Notes: generated by a model not told the origin, from the sequence alone. A DNA stretch of 62,896 bases, filler included, from Calcarisporiella thermophila CBS 279.70 (GCF_041956535.1; 8 parts of 7 records of this genome joined end to end with filler, not necessarily neighbours in it); one strand, 5' to 3'. Counted from the first letter of the whole stretch, positions 12,001 to 24,990 are shown. Numbers and translations: made by a program.

Positions 12001-13464
12001 GATTATCAGTTCGAGATTGACGATTTATTAGTAACTTCTGGAAGGCACCACATAATTATTTAGGAAAGAAGTTCGCGACATCAACAGCATATCACCGACG
12101 GTCAGACGGAGAGGACCAACCGCACCCTAGAACAAATGCTGCGAGCATACGTTGCATATTGACAAGACGATTGGGATGAGTGTTTGAATGCCGCAGAGTT
12201 CGCATACAACAACGCGAAACAAGTGTCAACGAGAATGAGCCCATTTTTACTTAACGCGGGACAAAACCCAATAGTACCGTCAAGCCTTTTGAACTTCACG
12301 CCACACCGGATCAACGTTCAAGCAACTGACGACTTAATCCTCAGAATGTCAAAACTAAAAGCGCTTCAGATAATTTGTCAATTGCGAAATCACGTCACGC
12401 CCAGTACGCAAACCAAGATTGCAGAGAAGAAGAATTCAACATCGGGTACAAGGTCATGATTTCGACGGCGAACATCCAACTTGCATCACAACGACCTACG
12501 AGAAAGTTACAGCACAAGTTCATCGGACCATACGAGAATATAAATAAGATATCGCCCGTAGTTTACAAAGTCAAGTTGCCCGAGTCACTTAGGATTCATC
12601 CAGTTTTTAACGTCCATTTCTGAAGCGATACCACAAGAGCCCACAAGAATATGCGAGCAGAGTTGTTCAGCCACCGCCGCCAGTCGAAACAGAAGAAGGA
12701 CTTTAATACGAAGTCGAGCGCGTCATAGACAAGAGAACAAGGAAATTCGGCCGCAACGAACGAGTTGAGTATTTAATCAAATGGATTGGCTACGACGAAA
12801 CGGAATCTACCTGGGAACCTTTGCGGAATTTAGAATATACACAACGAGCAATAGAGGAATACGAAAATTCGGCTAATTAACTTTAAAATTACCCGAACGG
12901 TGATTTTTAAGAAGGGGAGAGATTGTTGGAGAACGACCAGGCGTGACTGGTAGTCCGAATATATTCCAGATATTATATGTGTTACGTCAGTTAATAGCAC
13001 ACTTGTACGAGCACGCGCCTTACATGTACGAGCATGCGTCTCACCATCTTTATTTCTTTTTATATCCTACCCTATCCCATCAGATATATATATAGTATGT
13101 GCTTTCTCTCTTTTTAATCAAGTAGTGTGTGTTATTTGTGTTATCCCTTCTATCTGTCTTCTTTCCTTTTATTAATATACTCTTAATCAGTTCCAACAGA
13201 GATGTAATGATTTGACTTTATTTTTCATATTTACAGAACATAATTATAATAATGTCTTGCCTTATATAATGTTTTAGCTTTGTAATATTTACGCCAGTTT
13301 TATATTAGCCATTTAATACCAACTTGTATTATGTAAAGAATATATTTTGAAGTTTATTAATAGTCCTTGAGTTTTGTAAAGAATAAATTAACCAATCTTT
13401 TCTTTAATTACTTGAATTGGAAAATTTGGACCTCCGAACCCTCCAGAACTCGAGAAATCTTACA
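9039..13464 (+). mobile_element. Degenerate chromoviral Ty3/Gypsy LTR retrotransposon
   Basis: Truncated 5' LTR 9039-9145 matches the end of the 3' LTR 13203-13464 (TGTAA...TTACA). PBS-like TGGTAGCG at 9149. Gag knuckle CFFCREKGHIDQAC, protease VLVDGGAS, RNase H ITNASDFAIGAVL, integrase (AGHLG, FVDRLMKMAHF, GPY), chromodomain YEVERVID...[31 protein letters not shown]. Confidence 0.93.
12924..13198. mobile_element. Solo LTR of a second family inserted at the PPT/3' LTR junction of the Gypsy
   Basis: TGTTGGA...TCCAACA perfect terminal inverted repeat; 5-bp TSD GAGAT (12919-12923, 13199-13203). Confidence 0.8.
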
Positions 13465-14549
13465 CTATGCCTTAGCACAGGACACGCCGCTTGAATCTAC
13501 AGTATACTGAAAGCAGCTAACTGGACCTCAGCAATAATTTCGAACGCTTCTATCGCAGGGCTGAGATGGATATCCTCGTAAGAGATACCCTTACGACGAA
13601 ACACCATCCAGGCTCACGCCCAAAGAGAGTTAGCCTTCACAGGTCCTAATAAAATAAAAAAAAAACTCTATGGTTAAAGATAGACGTTCAAATCTATAAG
13701 AAGACGTCTCTCAAGATGATGATTCTTCGACCGTCCCAAGAAGAAGCGAGAAAAGTAACTCAAAAAAAGCATAATAAAAAAAGGAAAATAATTTTTGAGG
13801 GAGGGGAGGGAAGCGTGGACTGCTGAATTTGCCTTGTCCATTTCCCTTAAGCCATCACATAGGCTTAAGTAAGAACTATCGCAGTTATCCTGATACTTCA
13901 GTGTGCGAATTTATATATATCCTAATGTAACCGCCCACTTTAAAGCTTTCAATTTGCTCGTGTATAGGCATACATGGTAATCTTCCAAATTAGTAGATGA
14001 CACTGACATAGAGCCTAACGGACTCAGCCCCTCTATTTGGAACGTCAATTAGATAGGGCAGATTCGAAAATTCTCTATAGAACCCTCGGTTATATCGGAT
14101 GAATTTTAAATTTAAATAAATTTCAGACTGGTTGGTGCCTATATGGATATCAATCCTTCTAGAACCGGATGAAATTTTACGCCTCATTAACTTCGGAGAT
14201 TTTGAACTGCCCAAGAATTTATCATGTGTTTTCGAAATTTCTAAAATTTTGCATGTCCTGGCGTAAAGCTTACAAATGGTGTGCATATTTTTTCGAACGG
14301 CAAGTAAAAAAGCAAAGGCGTAATAATCTAACTTACAGTATCAGTCGTTTTCTTCTGGGCCAGACAATTCAAGAATAATAGCATTAATAATATAATCGAC
14401 ACACCGGCAAAATGAGACATTACTAATTTAGATCAAGTTACTCCTCATTGTAGCAATATAGAATGTCAGTTTGATCGGTGAAATGTTCGGATAATTCACA
14501 ATAATAAAAGGGCTCAGAACACTCGATAAACTTGTCTACTCTATGTAAA

Positions 14550-15467
14550 ATGTACTTCATCGCACTTTTTGTTTTGGCTCAGTTTGCCTATACTATTATT
14601 TTATCGTCTGCCCACGAGGATACCACAAATCCTTTCGTTTTGGCTCGACGAGATTTACAAGCCAGAAGGTGTGCGACTCATGTGGAGAAACGACATCAAA
14701 TTGCTCACTTTCGCCGAACTCAGCATCTCAATCGACGAAGACTGGAGCTTCCGGGCATTCTTATCAATAAAAACGCCTACTATTCCAGTATCCAAAACAC
14801 TACATGCGTGCTTGCGCCAGAAGTAACCGTCGGACCTTTCTACCGTGATGGAGAGCTAATTCGATCCAATATTACCGAAGGCCAACGTGGTATCCCTTTG
14901 ACACTCGATATAAGCCTAATTAATATCAATACTTGTGAACCCATTGAGGGTGCTTTCATCGATATCTGGCACGCTAATGCAACTGGTTTCTACTCGGCTT
15001 TTAATAACACTTCACTTATGAAGCTTGACAAGGCCAACGACCAAAGTGGATCACTGAGTTTTTTGAGAGGTGTTCAACCCACTGATTCGGATGGAATTGC
15101 TGAATTCAAAACAATTATCCCAGGTTGGTATCGTGGTCGAGCAGTCCATATTCATTCCATGGTTCACATCAACGGAATGGCTCTATACAATGGCACTCTA
15201 ACAGGTGGTACTGTCGCTCATGTCGGAGTGTTTTACTTTCCAGAAGATTTTTACAGACAAATTGAGGGTCTCGAAGTGTATAACACAAACAAAATAGAAC
15301 GGGTGCTCAATGACCAAGACAATATTTTCCATCAGGCTTCTGAAGGGGGATATAGTCCTTACTTGGATCTTGCACTGGTTGGAAAATATATCACTGACGG
15401 AGTTGTTGCATACATTAATGTTGGGGTTGATCCAACTGCAGATAACAGCGATATGGCAAAGTGGTGA
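14550..15467 (+). CDS. Secreted intradiol ring-cleavage dioxygenase-like protein
   Basis: Signal peptide; CVLAPEVTVGPFY, DIWHANATGFYS, FLRGVQPTD, PGWYRGRAVHIH (Tyr/His iron ligands); intronless. Confidence 0.9.
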   Translation: MYFIALFVLAQFAYTIILSSAHEDTTNPFVLARRDLQARRCATHVEKRHQIAHFRRTQHLNRRRLELPGILINKNAYYSSIQNTTCVLAPEVTVGPFYRDGELIRSNITEGQRGIPLTLDISLININTCEPIEGAFIDIWHANATGFYSAFNNTSLMKLDKANDQSGSLSFLRGVQPTDSDGIAEFKTIIPGWYRGRAVHIHSMVHINGMALYNGTLTGGTVAHVGVFYFPEDFYRQIEGLEVYNTNKIERVLNDQDNIFHQASEGGYSPYLDLALVGKYITDGVVAYINVGVDPTADNSDMAKW

Positions 15468-16074
15468 AAGTTTGCCTTCTATAGGTACGACTCTTTTTGC
15501 TATTTAATACTCGACAATAACTTTACATTACCCTTGGGTCGTTTGTAACATAACCGAGGCACAACTTCATTCATATTTAATAACCTTCTTTTTATTTATA
15601 AAGTTCAATAAATCAATAAAACAGGGTTAATAGTAGGATGACTCACCTGCATGTATTGAATTTCATAGCGTGAGTTAAGGTTTTTTGTCACTAAATTTTA
15701 TTACTTAGTTGCAATTTTGCTGTAATCACGGATAATCTCGATAATTGCACTGATTTACTCTTAGGTTCTGGCTGTAGGTTGCAGTCAAATGTAAAATTTA
15801 TGCAGATGAATCTATATGATACATAAACATATTAATAAATAAAAATAAATGGAATTTTCTAGCAAGAAGTCACAATATCCAATAATAATATTATTATTGG
15901 TAGTATCCTGCAATAATATTTGGTCAAGAGAAAAAAATTCATTTCTAAATGAATTTTTCTCTGAATTAACTGGTATACATATACGGGATAGTAATTTCCA
16001 ATAATTTTTGACCAAGAATAAGGTCTTGGTCATCTCTTGCGTTTAGATTACTGATAACTATAATGTGTCAGACT

Positions 16075-16360
16075 ATCCACTCCAGTTACTAATTTGAGAT
16101 TGAGGCAAAATATATCGACTGGAAGTCAGAGTGAAAGACTTGCCAGCAATGGTGAGGGAATCGTGCTTGAGATCGGCATATTGATAACCTAAGGGCATTA
16201 TTCTTCTTAGCTTACACTGAAAGGAGAGGTGGACATAATAGGTGTATAAGTAATGGATCCGGTGTATTTGTTTGAATCGACGTCTCCAAGCGTGAGTCCA
16301 CCATTGCTAGTGGTAGTTTCACACTCAGAAAAGAGGTTCAAAGTAAACACTTAGTAGAAT
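16075..16360 (-). pseudogene. Pepsin-family (A1) aspartic protease relic
   Basis: Manual translation: LSVYFEP / NGGLTLGDVDSNKYTGSITYTPIMSTSP / LTIAGKSFTLTSSRYILP, fragmented by frameshifts and deletion. Confidence 0.6.
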
Positions 16361-16570
16361 CTATCTGGTACCTAAAAAGGCACCAACATTATTGTCAGTA
16401 TCCCGTCTTCTATTGCATGCTCCTGGTATCATCATCAACAGCGGTATTGATTAAATATCATTGAATTATGCATCATCAAAACTTAACCTCAAGATTATTC
16501 GTAGTCTTGCGACGATCCAGCTTTGTCACATTTGACTGCGCCGCTTAATTACTCAACCAGCAAAATATGA

Positions 16571-16670
16571 NNNNNNNNNNNNNNNNNNNNNNNNNNNNNN
16601 NNNNNNNNNNNNNNTTAATTAATTAANNNNNNNNNNNNNNNNNNNNNNNNNNNNNNNNNNNNNNNNNNNN
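16571..16670. other. Artificial contig spacer (also 34690-34789, 43661-43760, 49655-49754, 54117-54216, 56354-56453, 60590-60689)
   Basis: 100-nt N runs with central TTAATTAATTAA (stop codons in all six frames). Confidence 0.97.
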
Positions 16671-16899
16671 ATATGAATCGGAATATTTCCCCAGAAAATT
16701 TGGCTCTGAAAATTCGAGAGTGAGAATTTTTGATACTGCATACCTAAGTCCGATTTCCTTGGACGATCTGCCTTTGTCCCCTCCTTTCCTAGATAAAAAA
16801 AGAGTGTAAACCAATTCCACGCCCTATCGCTTCCAAACTCTAGATTTATCAGCTCGATTGTCGATTGAGAGATACCTGCATCATTGAAGCCGTAGCCCA

Positions 16900-17923
16900 A
16901 TGACACCGGAAGTATTTTCCATTGAGCTCGTAAAATATCTTTTCATTCCGATCTTCAGGCCAATCACTTGCTCACTCTTGATTTTGCGTAGACTGTAGAT
17001 AAGGCATACCTTGCCGATGTCCTTCGAGGTAGCCATCTTAATACTATCTCCATTCTGTAACTAAGACAAGCAAATCACTGACTCTATGGATTTTCTCATG
17101 GTTAGCAATCCTCCACTCCATACTTTTTCTGCGAGTATTTGCCAATGTCCAGCCGAAAGACTTGGAGGTTCTCAATATTAGCTTTGTAAGTGCCCACTAT
17201 ATTTTTATTGAAGCCCCATCCCGCTCATTCACGGCGATTGCGTAGCCGGGCATCGACGATCCCGACGTCACTGCTCAAGTCGAAGACAAGGTAGCCGCGT
17301 TTGTTCGCAGTATGGAGAGCGCTCCTACCAATGGATTTACTTTCAAAGGCCAGGTGTGCTTCAATTTTCGGCATGACAAAATAGGCATTCTCCTCAAATG
17401 ACTTTATTTATTGTGGAATGATAGATTGCTGTCATGTTCTATGAAAAGCGAACGAAGAAAGCGTGGTTCAGCAAGTCAGAGGAGGAGGTGTGCTGGGAGC
17501 AGTGGACCATCACGCTTACGGTTCAAGCTCCACCCACGGAACGAGGTTTGCGATCCGAATCCGCCTTGTAAGCATATCTTTATTAATTTTGTTTTCCATT
17601 TAGAGCGCCTAAAGTTGCGCAAGGCGATGAGCAGCCAACTTTCTCACACCCTTGCTACGATGTTGCGCACGGTGAACGAGAAGCGCGACCACATCCCTCC
17701 GATCACAAGCAACGACAACCCTTTTCCATATCAAGTGAGTGAAGTGCTGCCAAATTTATTTTTGCTCCCCAACTCGCCTGCAACAGCTTTATAAAATTCT
17801 TTTTACTAATGTGACCTCACGCTAACAAATCTCTTATTGTAGATTGCCCTCCCAACCTCCTCAGACTCTTGGGGTAGCATGCTAAAACGTATGCTTGACA
17901 CGACGCCTCCCGTGCTTAGCTGA
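16900..17923 (+). CDS. ATG101: Autophagy-related protein 101 (multi-exon)
   Basis: Spliced: MTPEVFSIEL|TVDKAYLADVLR|AILHSILFLRVFANVQP...|...FYEKRTKKAWFSKSEEEVCWEQW (WF finger)|...VNEKRDHIPPITSNDNPFPYQ|IALP...; GT-AG introns. Confidence 0.9.
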
Positions 17924-17967
17924 ATCCCTCTAAATATGGACCCGGGCTTTTATCTCTATCTCTCATG

Positions 17968-19300
17968 TCATAAAGCATATTTGGCGAGCATCCTGATATT
18001 ATTCAAAAACACACGCACAATTTCAAGGAACTCATTGGGCTCTTTTGCATCAAGACGCTTGCGCTCGCGAAGTAGCACCCCTGGATCCGCAAATTCTACC
18101 TCGAGTTCGTGCATTAGCTCCGGGGGAACTGAGGAATTGGCCCTTTGCTAATTTAAAATGTAACGGTGTACATAGATTTAATTATCGCGTTTCCTTTTTT
18201 TCCCTCAAAGAATAAATATTTATTCCGATTAAAAAATGGACCCTCACCTCGCCAATCTTCACTTGCGTAAGGTCGAATTGCCAGATTTGATGACGATAGG
18301 AGAGACGGTCCTTATTGCGCTCATAGGTGCAGTTTCCATGGGGGACTTCTCCTGCAAAACAAACGATACACAAATCATTAGCCATCGTATCCAATCTATC
18401 ATTTGCGATTCACAGTGAGCCAAGAAAGCCATCTGGATGAGCCACCTACTTGGAATTTCCAGGTTAACGGATATACGAAAGTCCAGCTGGGTTCCTGGGG
18501 AGTATACGTTCAGGTTTGCAAGACGAACCTTCTCCACCACGGCGACCAGCTCACCGGACTTTTGATCCGTGGTAACACGTACTTTTTTCCCGTTCTGCTC
18601 AAAATAACGGTCCCGCTCGCGAGTATGTTTGTATTGCACTTTTGCCCCCTAATTGATAATCAGAAGCGGATTGATTAACGACAAGATACAGGACCAGGGA
18701 AAGCGAAGAAAAAGTCTTGCTTACTCGATATTCACTAGATTGTGTTTCGAGGACACGCTTGTTGAGAATTTGGTTAAAGTTACGATGCTGATCCTAAATA
18801 ATATGTCAATTAATATGCATTGAAAAATGCAATGGCATCGGGGAAATAATACACATACAAGGGACATGTTGGATTCGAAGCGCAACCACCGATCATCCTT
18901 TGACAATACTACAGTTCCAACAAGTGTTAGTTTTATTGCAGCCCATTCCAATTCATAGCCTATGAATATTTACTTGTTTCCACCATCACGGGCAATTGTA
19001 TCCTTTCATTTGTTCTCTTATCTATTAGTACCCCCAACTTTGCCTCGATCTATCAAAGCATTGGTCAGCCTATGCACCGAAAGTGCAACATGAGAAGAAT
19101 AGAAATACCTCGACATTGGGTCGATCCACGTAGCCATATAGGAAGTCACCTACTGCACGTACCGTCTCGTCGAGCGGCTGGAGATTGAATATACTAGGCT
19201 CCAGTCGTTCCAGTTCGCGAGTGTTTGAGCTCTGCCCGTTATTTTCCTGATCATTCTCTTCTGTGCGCGTGCGTTTTCGGGGTGGATTGTCAGTTGACAT
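17968..19300 (-). CDS. CET1: Fungal mRNA 5'-triphosphatase (CYTH/triphosphate tunnel metalloenzyme)
   Basis: EPSIF, motif A VE|IEAKLG, FESNMS, RVTTD, DFRISVNLE, RNKDRLSY, FDLTQV, motif C HELEVE, ending FLNNIRML; multi-exon. Confidence 0.88.
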
Positions 19301-19668
19301 CGAAGTATAATCTGTCTATCTTGCTTTTGAGGTGAATTATTATTAAGGTAAAATGCGCGTATTTGATTTTCGTATGGCTTAGCCTACCGCCGAATAAGGA
19401 AGATGAATTGTCGACTTTCACTTGCAATTCGGGCAAGAGATGGGATAAAACGTGCAATATTTACATTAATATACTAGTTACCCCGTCAATAAGGAATACA
19501 ATGCGAACAAATCAACCGTTTTTGCCTCGTTTTTCGAGACAAAAGTGCAGAGAAAATAAAAATAACAATAGGAACACATCGTGGGAGGATAAATTGAAAA
19601 AAAAAGAGAAATAAATAAGAATAAGATAAAAGAGCTATTGCACACGCTTGAATATCAAGACATAACTA

Positions 19669-20695
19669 TCATACGAGTAATGGTGTTTCTTCTGTCACAC
19701 CCTCACAAACGTCGCCCTTGCAAATAGGGCATGTGCGCTTCCGCGTCATTAGCCACCCATCGATGCAACTCACATGAAATTCGTGCTTACAAGGCATTAC
19801 CCTCAGCTCGTCGCCATCCACATAGTCTTCCAGGCACACCGCGCACTCCTCAGGCTCTTTGTTTTTGCGCTTTTCGCGCGAGAATACTTTTGTGGGTAAA
19901 TTGAATACAACACGAGCGGGCGCTAGCTCTTGGCGACGACGTTGCTGTTGGCGAAGTCTCCAGAGAGCGTAGATAAAAAACATCATGACGGCGGGGGAGA
20001 GAATGACAACAATAAGTACATCAATCAGAGGTCTAAATTGGATGAATAGAGGACGTCATAACACTGCCCATTGTAATCCACTTATCGATTCTGCCTCCGG
20101 CGAGTACTTACTCTAGCAATTCATCTCGAACAAGCCGCACCATCAGTGGTTGCATCGTCCCTAAATATTTGAGTTCCATGTAATGCAATTTTGCAATAAA
20201 TACCGAAGGAATTGTGACGTCTGATGTGTCTCCTACATGATGCTTGCATTATTAGTCCACCATCAGATGTGGTTCAAATCACAAAGCCCTAGTTACCGGT
20301 GGCAAACATGGTGATCAAGCCATTGCCCACATTGTCCCCCACTGCTACGGCTGATGCACCAGACTGCTGCATCGCTCTTACTTTGTCAATGAACGCACAC
20401 TCGCCCCTCTCTACCAGCGCTATCCACGGCTCCTCCAGCTGAAAACCCAATGGCTCGCAGCCCTTGACTGAGACATTCAGCGTCTCGATAGGGAGAAGAC
20501 GAGCAACTATGCCTTCATCGGTCAGCCGAGGCCCAAAGGCGGCTATACGGTCAAGGAAAGTGTCGTTGGTCGCCTAAACGCAGTAAGATTAGAAAGAGTG
20601 TGAGGGATCAGCAAAGTGACATCACATACGAGAACCACAATGGCGGCACGGGCTAAGTGGGAGAAGGCGAAGAGAAATAGAAGGAGGAATCTCAT
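19669..20695 (-). CDS. PA-domain transmembrane RING-H2 E3 ligase (RNF13/RNF167-like)
   Basis: Signal peptide MRFLLLFLFAF, AAFGP, WIALVERGECAFIDKVRAMQQSGA (PA domain), TM helix, RING-H2 CAVCLEDY...PCKHEFHVSCIDGWL...CPICK. Confidence 0.9.
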
Positions 20696-21140
20696 ATGCT
20701 TCATTGTACAGGGCGGGTGAAGATTGCGGATTGATTAGCGGAAAGCTCGTTGCTCATGCGCAGCTTCTCCCCTTTTCTTTTTCTCTCTGCGAAAAGTTTC
20801 TGGCAAAAAAAAATTTGCTCTTTTTCCAATTTAGCGGACCTCCACCTCCACCATTTCACTTTTTGCACAACGTCATATGCGGACTTTCAAATTGATGTCA
20901 CGGTCACTCTGGCATATAGAGTGTTTTGCCTAGCAATTTCCTTCCGAATGAACTTGCTAATAGCTCTTGTTTTTGCATTCTTATCGCCAATAAACATTAC
21001 GCAAAGAACAGTCATAGAATATACATAGCTACTTATACAGGTAGCTTCGCACATAATCGTTAATAATCTGCACATAATAATCTACATGTCAATTTTCACC
21101 CAGCGCTCGCGCACTAAGAGCCGCTAAAAGTCTTCTCTTT

Positions 21141-22038
21141 TCAAATCGGACCATAGCCTGCAATGTCCTCCTCAACGCACTCGAGCTTCACACCTCGGCC
21201 TGTCTTCTCCCACTCATCCCCTCCTATGTCTGGTTTCCCCATCACCACCAGCTTTTGCCGCCTCTCTTTGCGCTCTTGAGAGTCTATCCCCATGCTTTCA
21301 TCTCGAGCCCTCAGAATCTCCTCCTGCAGCTGCCCATCCCTTGTGAACGCCATCATCAACTGAGGCACCCCAAGTGGGATCGGGTCGCCGCGGTCCACTT
21401 GCCAAGTGTACCAGATTTTGCCATAGGTATGGATTAAATCCTCCATGGCTCTGTCCTCGAAAGGGAGTGCAACCGCGGAGGGGATGGTGCTAGGGGTCGG
21501 CAATGCTAGAGTGCCAGACGTGATCTCATAGAAGTGGGAATGCCATAGCTTCTTTTCTTCTGCAGGAAGCTCTATTTTTGATTGGGCGAGAAACAACCAC
21601 ATCTGAGTTTCTATTCTAACTTAGGACTTTGGATGTATCAGCTTACTCTCAAATACTTCTTTGTCGATGATGTACTCGATGCCAACAAGTTTGGCGTCTG
21701 GCCCAGGACCATCATATATGACGCACTGGCGCACACGTCCGCGATGGCTTGAAGAGGAGCAAAAGTGATGGGCCACGACTTGCCGTGTCATATCGGTACT
21801 GCCCATAGCAGTCGAAAATAGCATAGTAAAATGGATATGAGAGAGTGTGAGTACACTGCTAAAGCATGCATGGAGAAAAATAGTAAAGATATGCATCATA
21901 CGCGTAAAAGTGGAATCCGCAAAGGTACTGGCATACATTCTTGATAGGGTCAAAGTTCTGGGTAAACTTTGCACCCGTCTCAAGCACCTTCTGAGGAAGC
22001 GTGGCATTTTTTTCAGCAGCAGTATTCAAGTCGGCCAT
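21141..22038 (-). CDS. DUF1264 / oil-body-associated protein (OBAP) family
   Basis: LCGFHFY|DMTRQVVAHHFC...RQCVIYD...LVGIEY|LPAEEKKLWHSH.YE...TYGKIWYTWQVDRGDPIPLGVPQLM; three exons. Confidence 0.88.
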
Positions 22039-22567
22039 TATACCTGTTTTTTTTTTCTTGAACTTGTGTCGTGAGAGTTTTCTTGGTTCTAGTAGAGTCA
22101 AAACGGAGATAAATAGGGAGACGGGACCTTTTATAGTGGACCCATGGGCGTCTGTCTCTCCAACTTGGTCAATATTTTGCCGCCAACACCGTTCTCAAAA
22201 TCTAAGCCATCTGATGTGACTAGCTTTTAATTAGTGAAATGGATGTGACCTTGACAGGTGACTCTTCGTGTCGTTATGTATGTATGTTGAAATTGAGAGT
22301 TTTCCGTTGATTGCTCTATCCTATTTCCTTTACAACCGGTTCCATAAATTTGCTTTTTCTAGGTGCAGAGTGTTAATACCAGTCAATCTTAGTCGAAGGT
22401 GTGTGCTATTTCTTTACATTGCATCAGGGAGCTGAAAGAATCACCACGACTAAATTGCCATTCCATTTATTAAGCGGAGACCATTAGTTGATCCACCTCC
22501 ATTAAACCCTTCCTTGTAACGCGCAGTTATCGTATGTAGGCCCTACTTGATCTAATTTGTGCTCTAA

Positions 22568-24575
22568 ATGTCTTACATCTCTGCTCAATACCTGTACCCT
22601 GTTTATCCTCTCATGATAGCATTGAATGCAACAGCTTTGATGGATAATAATTCAGCACCTTCTACCCCCATCGCAACCTCCTCCATTGTGTTTGGACCTG
22701 TCTCTCTTCCAACTCAGCCACAAGCGTCCCAACCACCAGGCGTTACAACGTCTTCAGTTGCATCCTCGACTTCTTCAACTCCAAGTAGTGGGCCAGGATT
22801 GGATTTTTTGCTTAGACGTTGCTCAATTTGCTTTGATGCACAGTTAGACTTTTGTCTAGCCTATTGCCGGGATCAGTTTTGCCGGGAGTGTTTTAAAAAG
22901 TGAGAAGATATGGGGCGTCTCTATCACGATGAACTCTCCAGCAAGCTAATGATGTTCTTTAGGTACGTTACCGAGGTCGTTTATTCGTCTTGGGGGATAG
23001 GAATAACCAAGATCAAATGCCCCGTGTGTGGAGATATTCTTGCCCAATCCGAGTGGTCGAAATATGTCGACCCACGCACAGTTGAGCTATACAACAAGTA
23101 TAATACCCCCTATCGATCCCTGACTCGATACTGCCCACGATGCGGAGGCGAGGTGGTCGCCGCCACAGTCAACTCGGTATACGGGAAGGAGAAAGAGCTG
23201 AGTTTCGCGAAAGTCGCGCGGATGTTGGAAGCATTTATCAGAGAATTTGGGGATACGAGCGCAGAGGAGGGGGGAGGGCTGGCAGTGGTGGAACGATTTG
23301 TGGCGGATTATAAAGCTTATATGACGGGGTTTCAAGGAAGCATCGAGGATATTTATGTGATCGTCGTGCAGGAACTCAATCGATGCGTTGAGTAAATTTC
23401 GTGCTCTTTTTTATCCCACCGTTCAAGGATAGTTGTGTTTTTAACGGATTGATCTAAATCGCATTCTTTAGAAAATATAAGCAACAGGCCCTGGCAGAAG
23501 ACGATGATGTGATCATTGGAGATCGATTTCGAAAGAGGCGTCGGACAGAGAGTATAGAGTCGGTTATCGCAGCAGCTTCAAGCATATCTTCCCAGCTCGT
23601 GGCATTAGAAATACGCCCGGAAAAATGGAAGGAGCTGCAATTTATGCATGTGGCCAATTTCCCACAAGCAACTTGGTGGGTATCCCACTGATTGCACTTG
23701 TTGCATATTCTATAAGCTGAGTGAACGTTCTATGTGTTCATTTTTCTTAGTAACTATTGCGTGCATCCTGTTTGCCTTCAGTGTGGAGAAGGCGAGCATC
23801 ATCTTGGCATGACTTGTTTCGAGTATCTGCGCCATAAGCTAGAGTTGGCTTCGGCGGCCTCCTCTTCCGCCGCTGCTGCCGCTCTATTCTTAACGCCTCG
23901 CCAGATACCAGCGCGGAAAGAGCTAGATATGGGGGAGATGGACCATACTATGACAGATGACGAGGATTATGAGGAGGAGGAAGAGGATGATGACGATGAC
24001 GTCCCAGATATCGATGCAGGATCGAATGGAGCCGAACTAGGCGAGGAGGACGAGAGGGAGGCTGAAGAGGGGGGAATAAGCGAGGAAGAAGAGGTGGTAG
24101 ACGAAGAAGAACTGCAAAGGCAGCGCATTCTGGAATACGAGCAGCAGCTTGCAAGTTTGCGGTGGAAGCTGGAGAACAGCAAGGCCTGCCCTCACTGCTC
24201 TGTGCTTATCCACCGAGACGATGGGTGCAATAAAGTGGAGTGTTTACATTGTGGTTACCGATTTTGTTGGGTGTGTCGCCGATCTTGGGCAGAGGTACTG
24301 CGGACGATTCATTGAGGGCGGGGTGGTTACTAACGAATAGCTTTGCATTCCTTCTAGAATTGTGGTTTCTTTCGGTGTAACGCTTCCCAAAATCTCGAGC
24401 AACTGGGGGAGCAAGAGCGAAACGATGCTTCGGACCGGGTATGTTTAGTAAAAATGCACCGCATTTTTTCCGTACTGACTTTCTTTTGCCCTGTTTCTTT
24501 TGCCTTACTTAGCCAGAGGCTGGGGTACCGGATGTGCTCTCTATTCACGCGAGACTCTCGCCCACTAGACAATAG
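22568..24575 (+). CDS. RBR (RING-between-RING) E3 ubiquitin ligase
   Basis: RING1 CSICFD...CRDQFCRECF...IKCPVC; IBR-like YCPRC and CLQCGEGEHH; acidic insert; RING2 KACPHCSVLIHRDDGCNKVECLHCGYRFCWVC; multi-exon. Confidence 0.85.
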
Positions 24576-24990
24576 AATCTAGATCACGTTTTCCCATTCT
24601 GTCTCTCTAACTTCAACCTATCTATCTATCTATCTGCCTATCTATCCCTTCAGCTCTGTCTCTTTATATATATATATATATATCTATGCATACATAAATG
24701 CTTTTCACTCTATTTGACGGGCTTTTTTTGCTTATCAGTCAAACGATTTTGTTTTGTATTTTTAATATTATGAATATTTGTATGTATACTAGGCTACTAT
24801 GTACTATTTTGGCAGAATATACTTTGAGTGGCTAGAAACAGCCGGCCCAAATCAGTCAAATTGGATTTCGGAAACCAACATCCGTGTGATAAAGTAATAT
24901 GAATTGAGCGAGCGTATAAATAGGGCCGACTCAGCACACCTCCATGACCCAACTTTATTTCCCCAACAATTCATATACCTTCCATTAAAA

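Larger units (their letters stand above)
8286..13875 (+). mobile_element. DIRS-like tyrosine-recombinase element (non-autonomous), interrupted by a Gypsy insertion
   Basis: Inverted termini TTCTTACTTAGGCCT (8286) / AGGCTTAAGTAAGAA (13875). YR relics RNYSSAQKKW, YRSAI, LTYKLTxLFAMVTFSRVSDL (8620-9035) resume after the Gypsy as ILKAANWTS..FERFYRR (~13500-13560). No RT seen. Confidence 0.7.

Noticed and set aside
16571-16670. Recurrent palindromic TTAATTAATTAA within N runs (seven times)
   Set aside because: Artificial six-frame-stop contig linker. ORFs containing X runs and gene neighbourhoods across linkers are not biological evidence.
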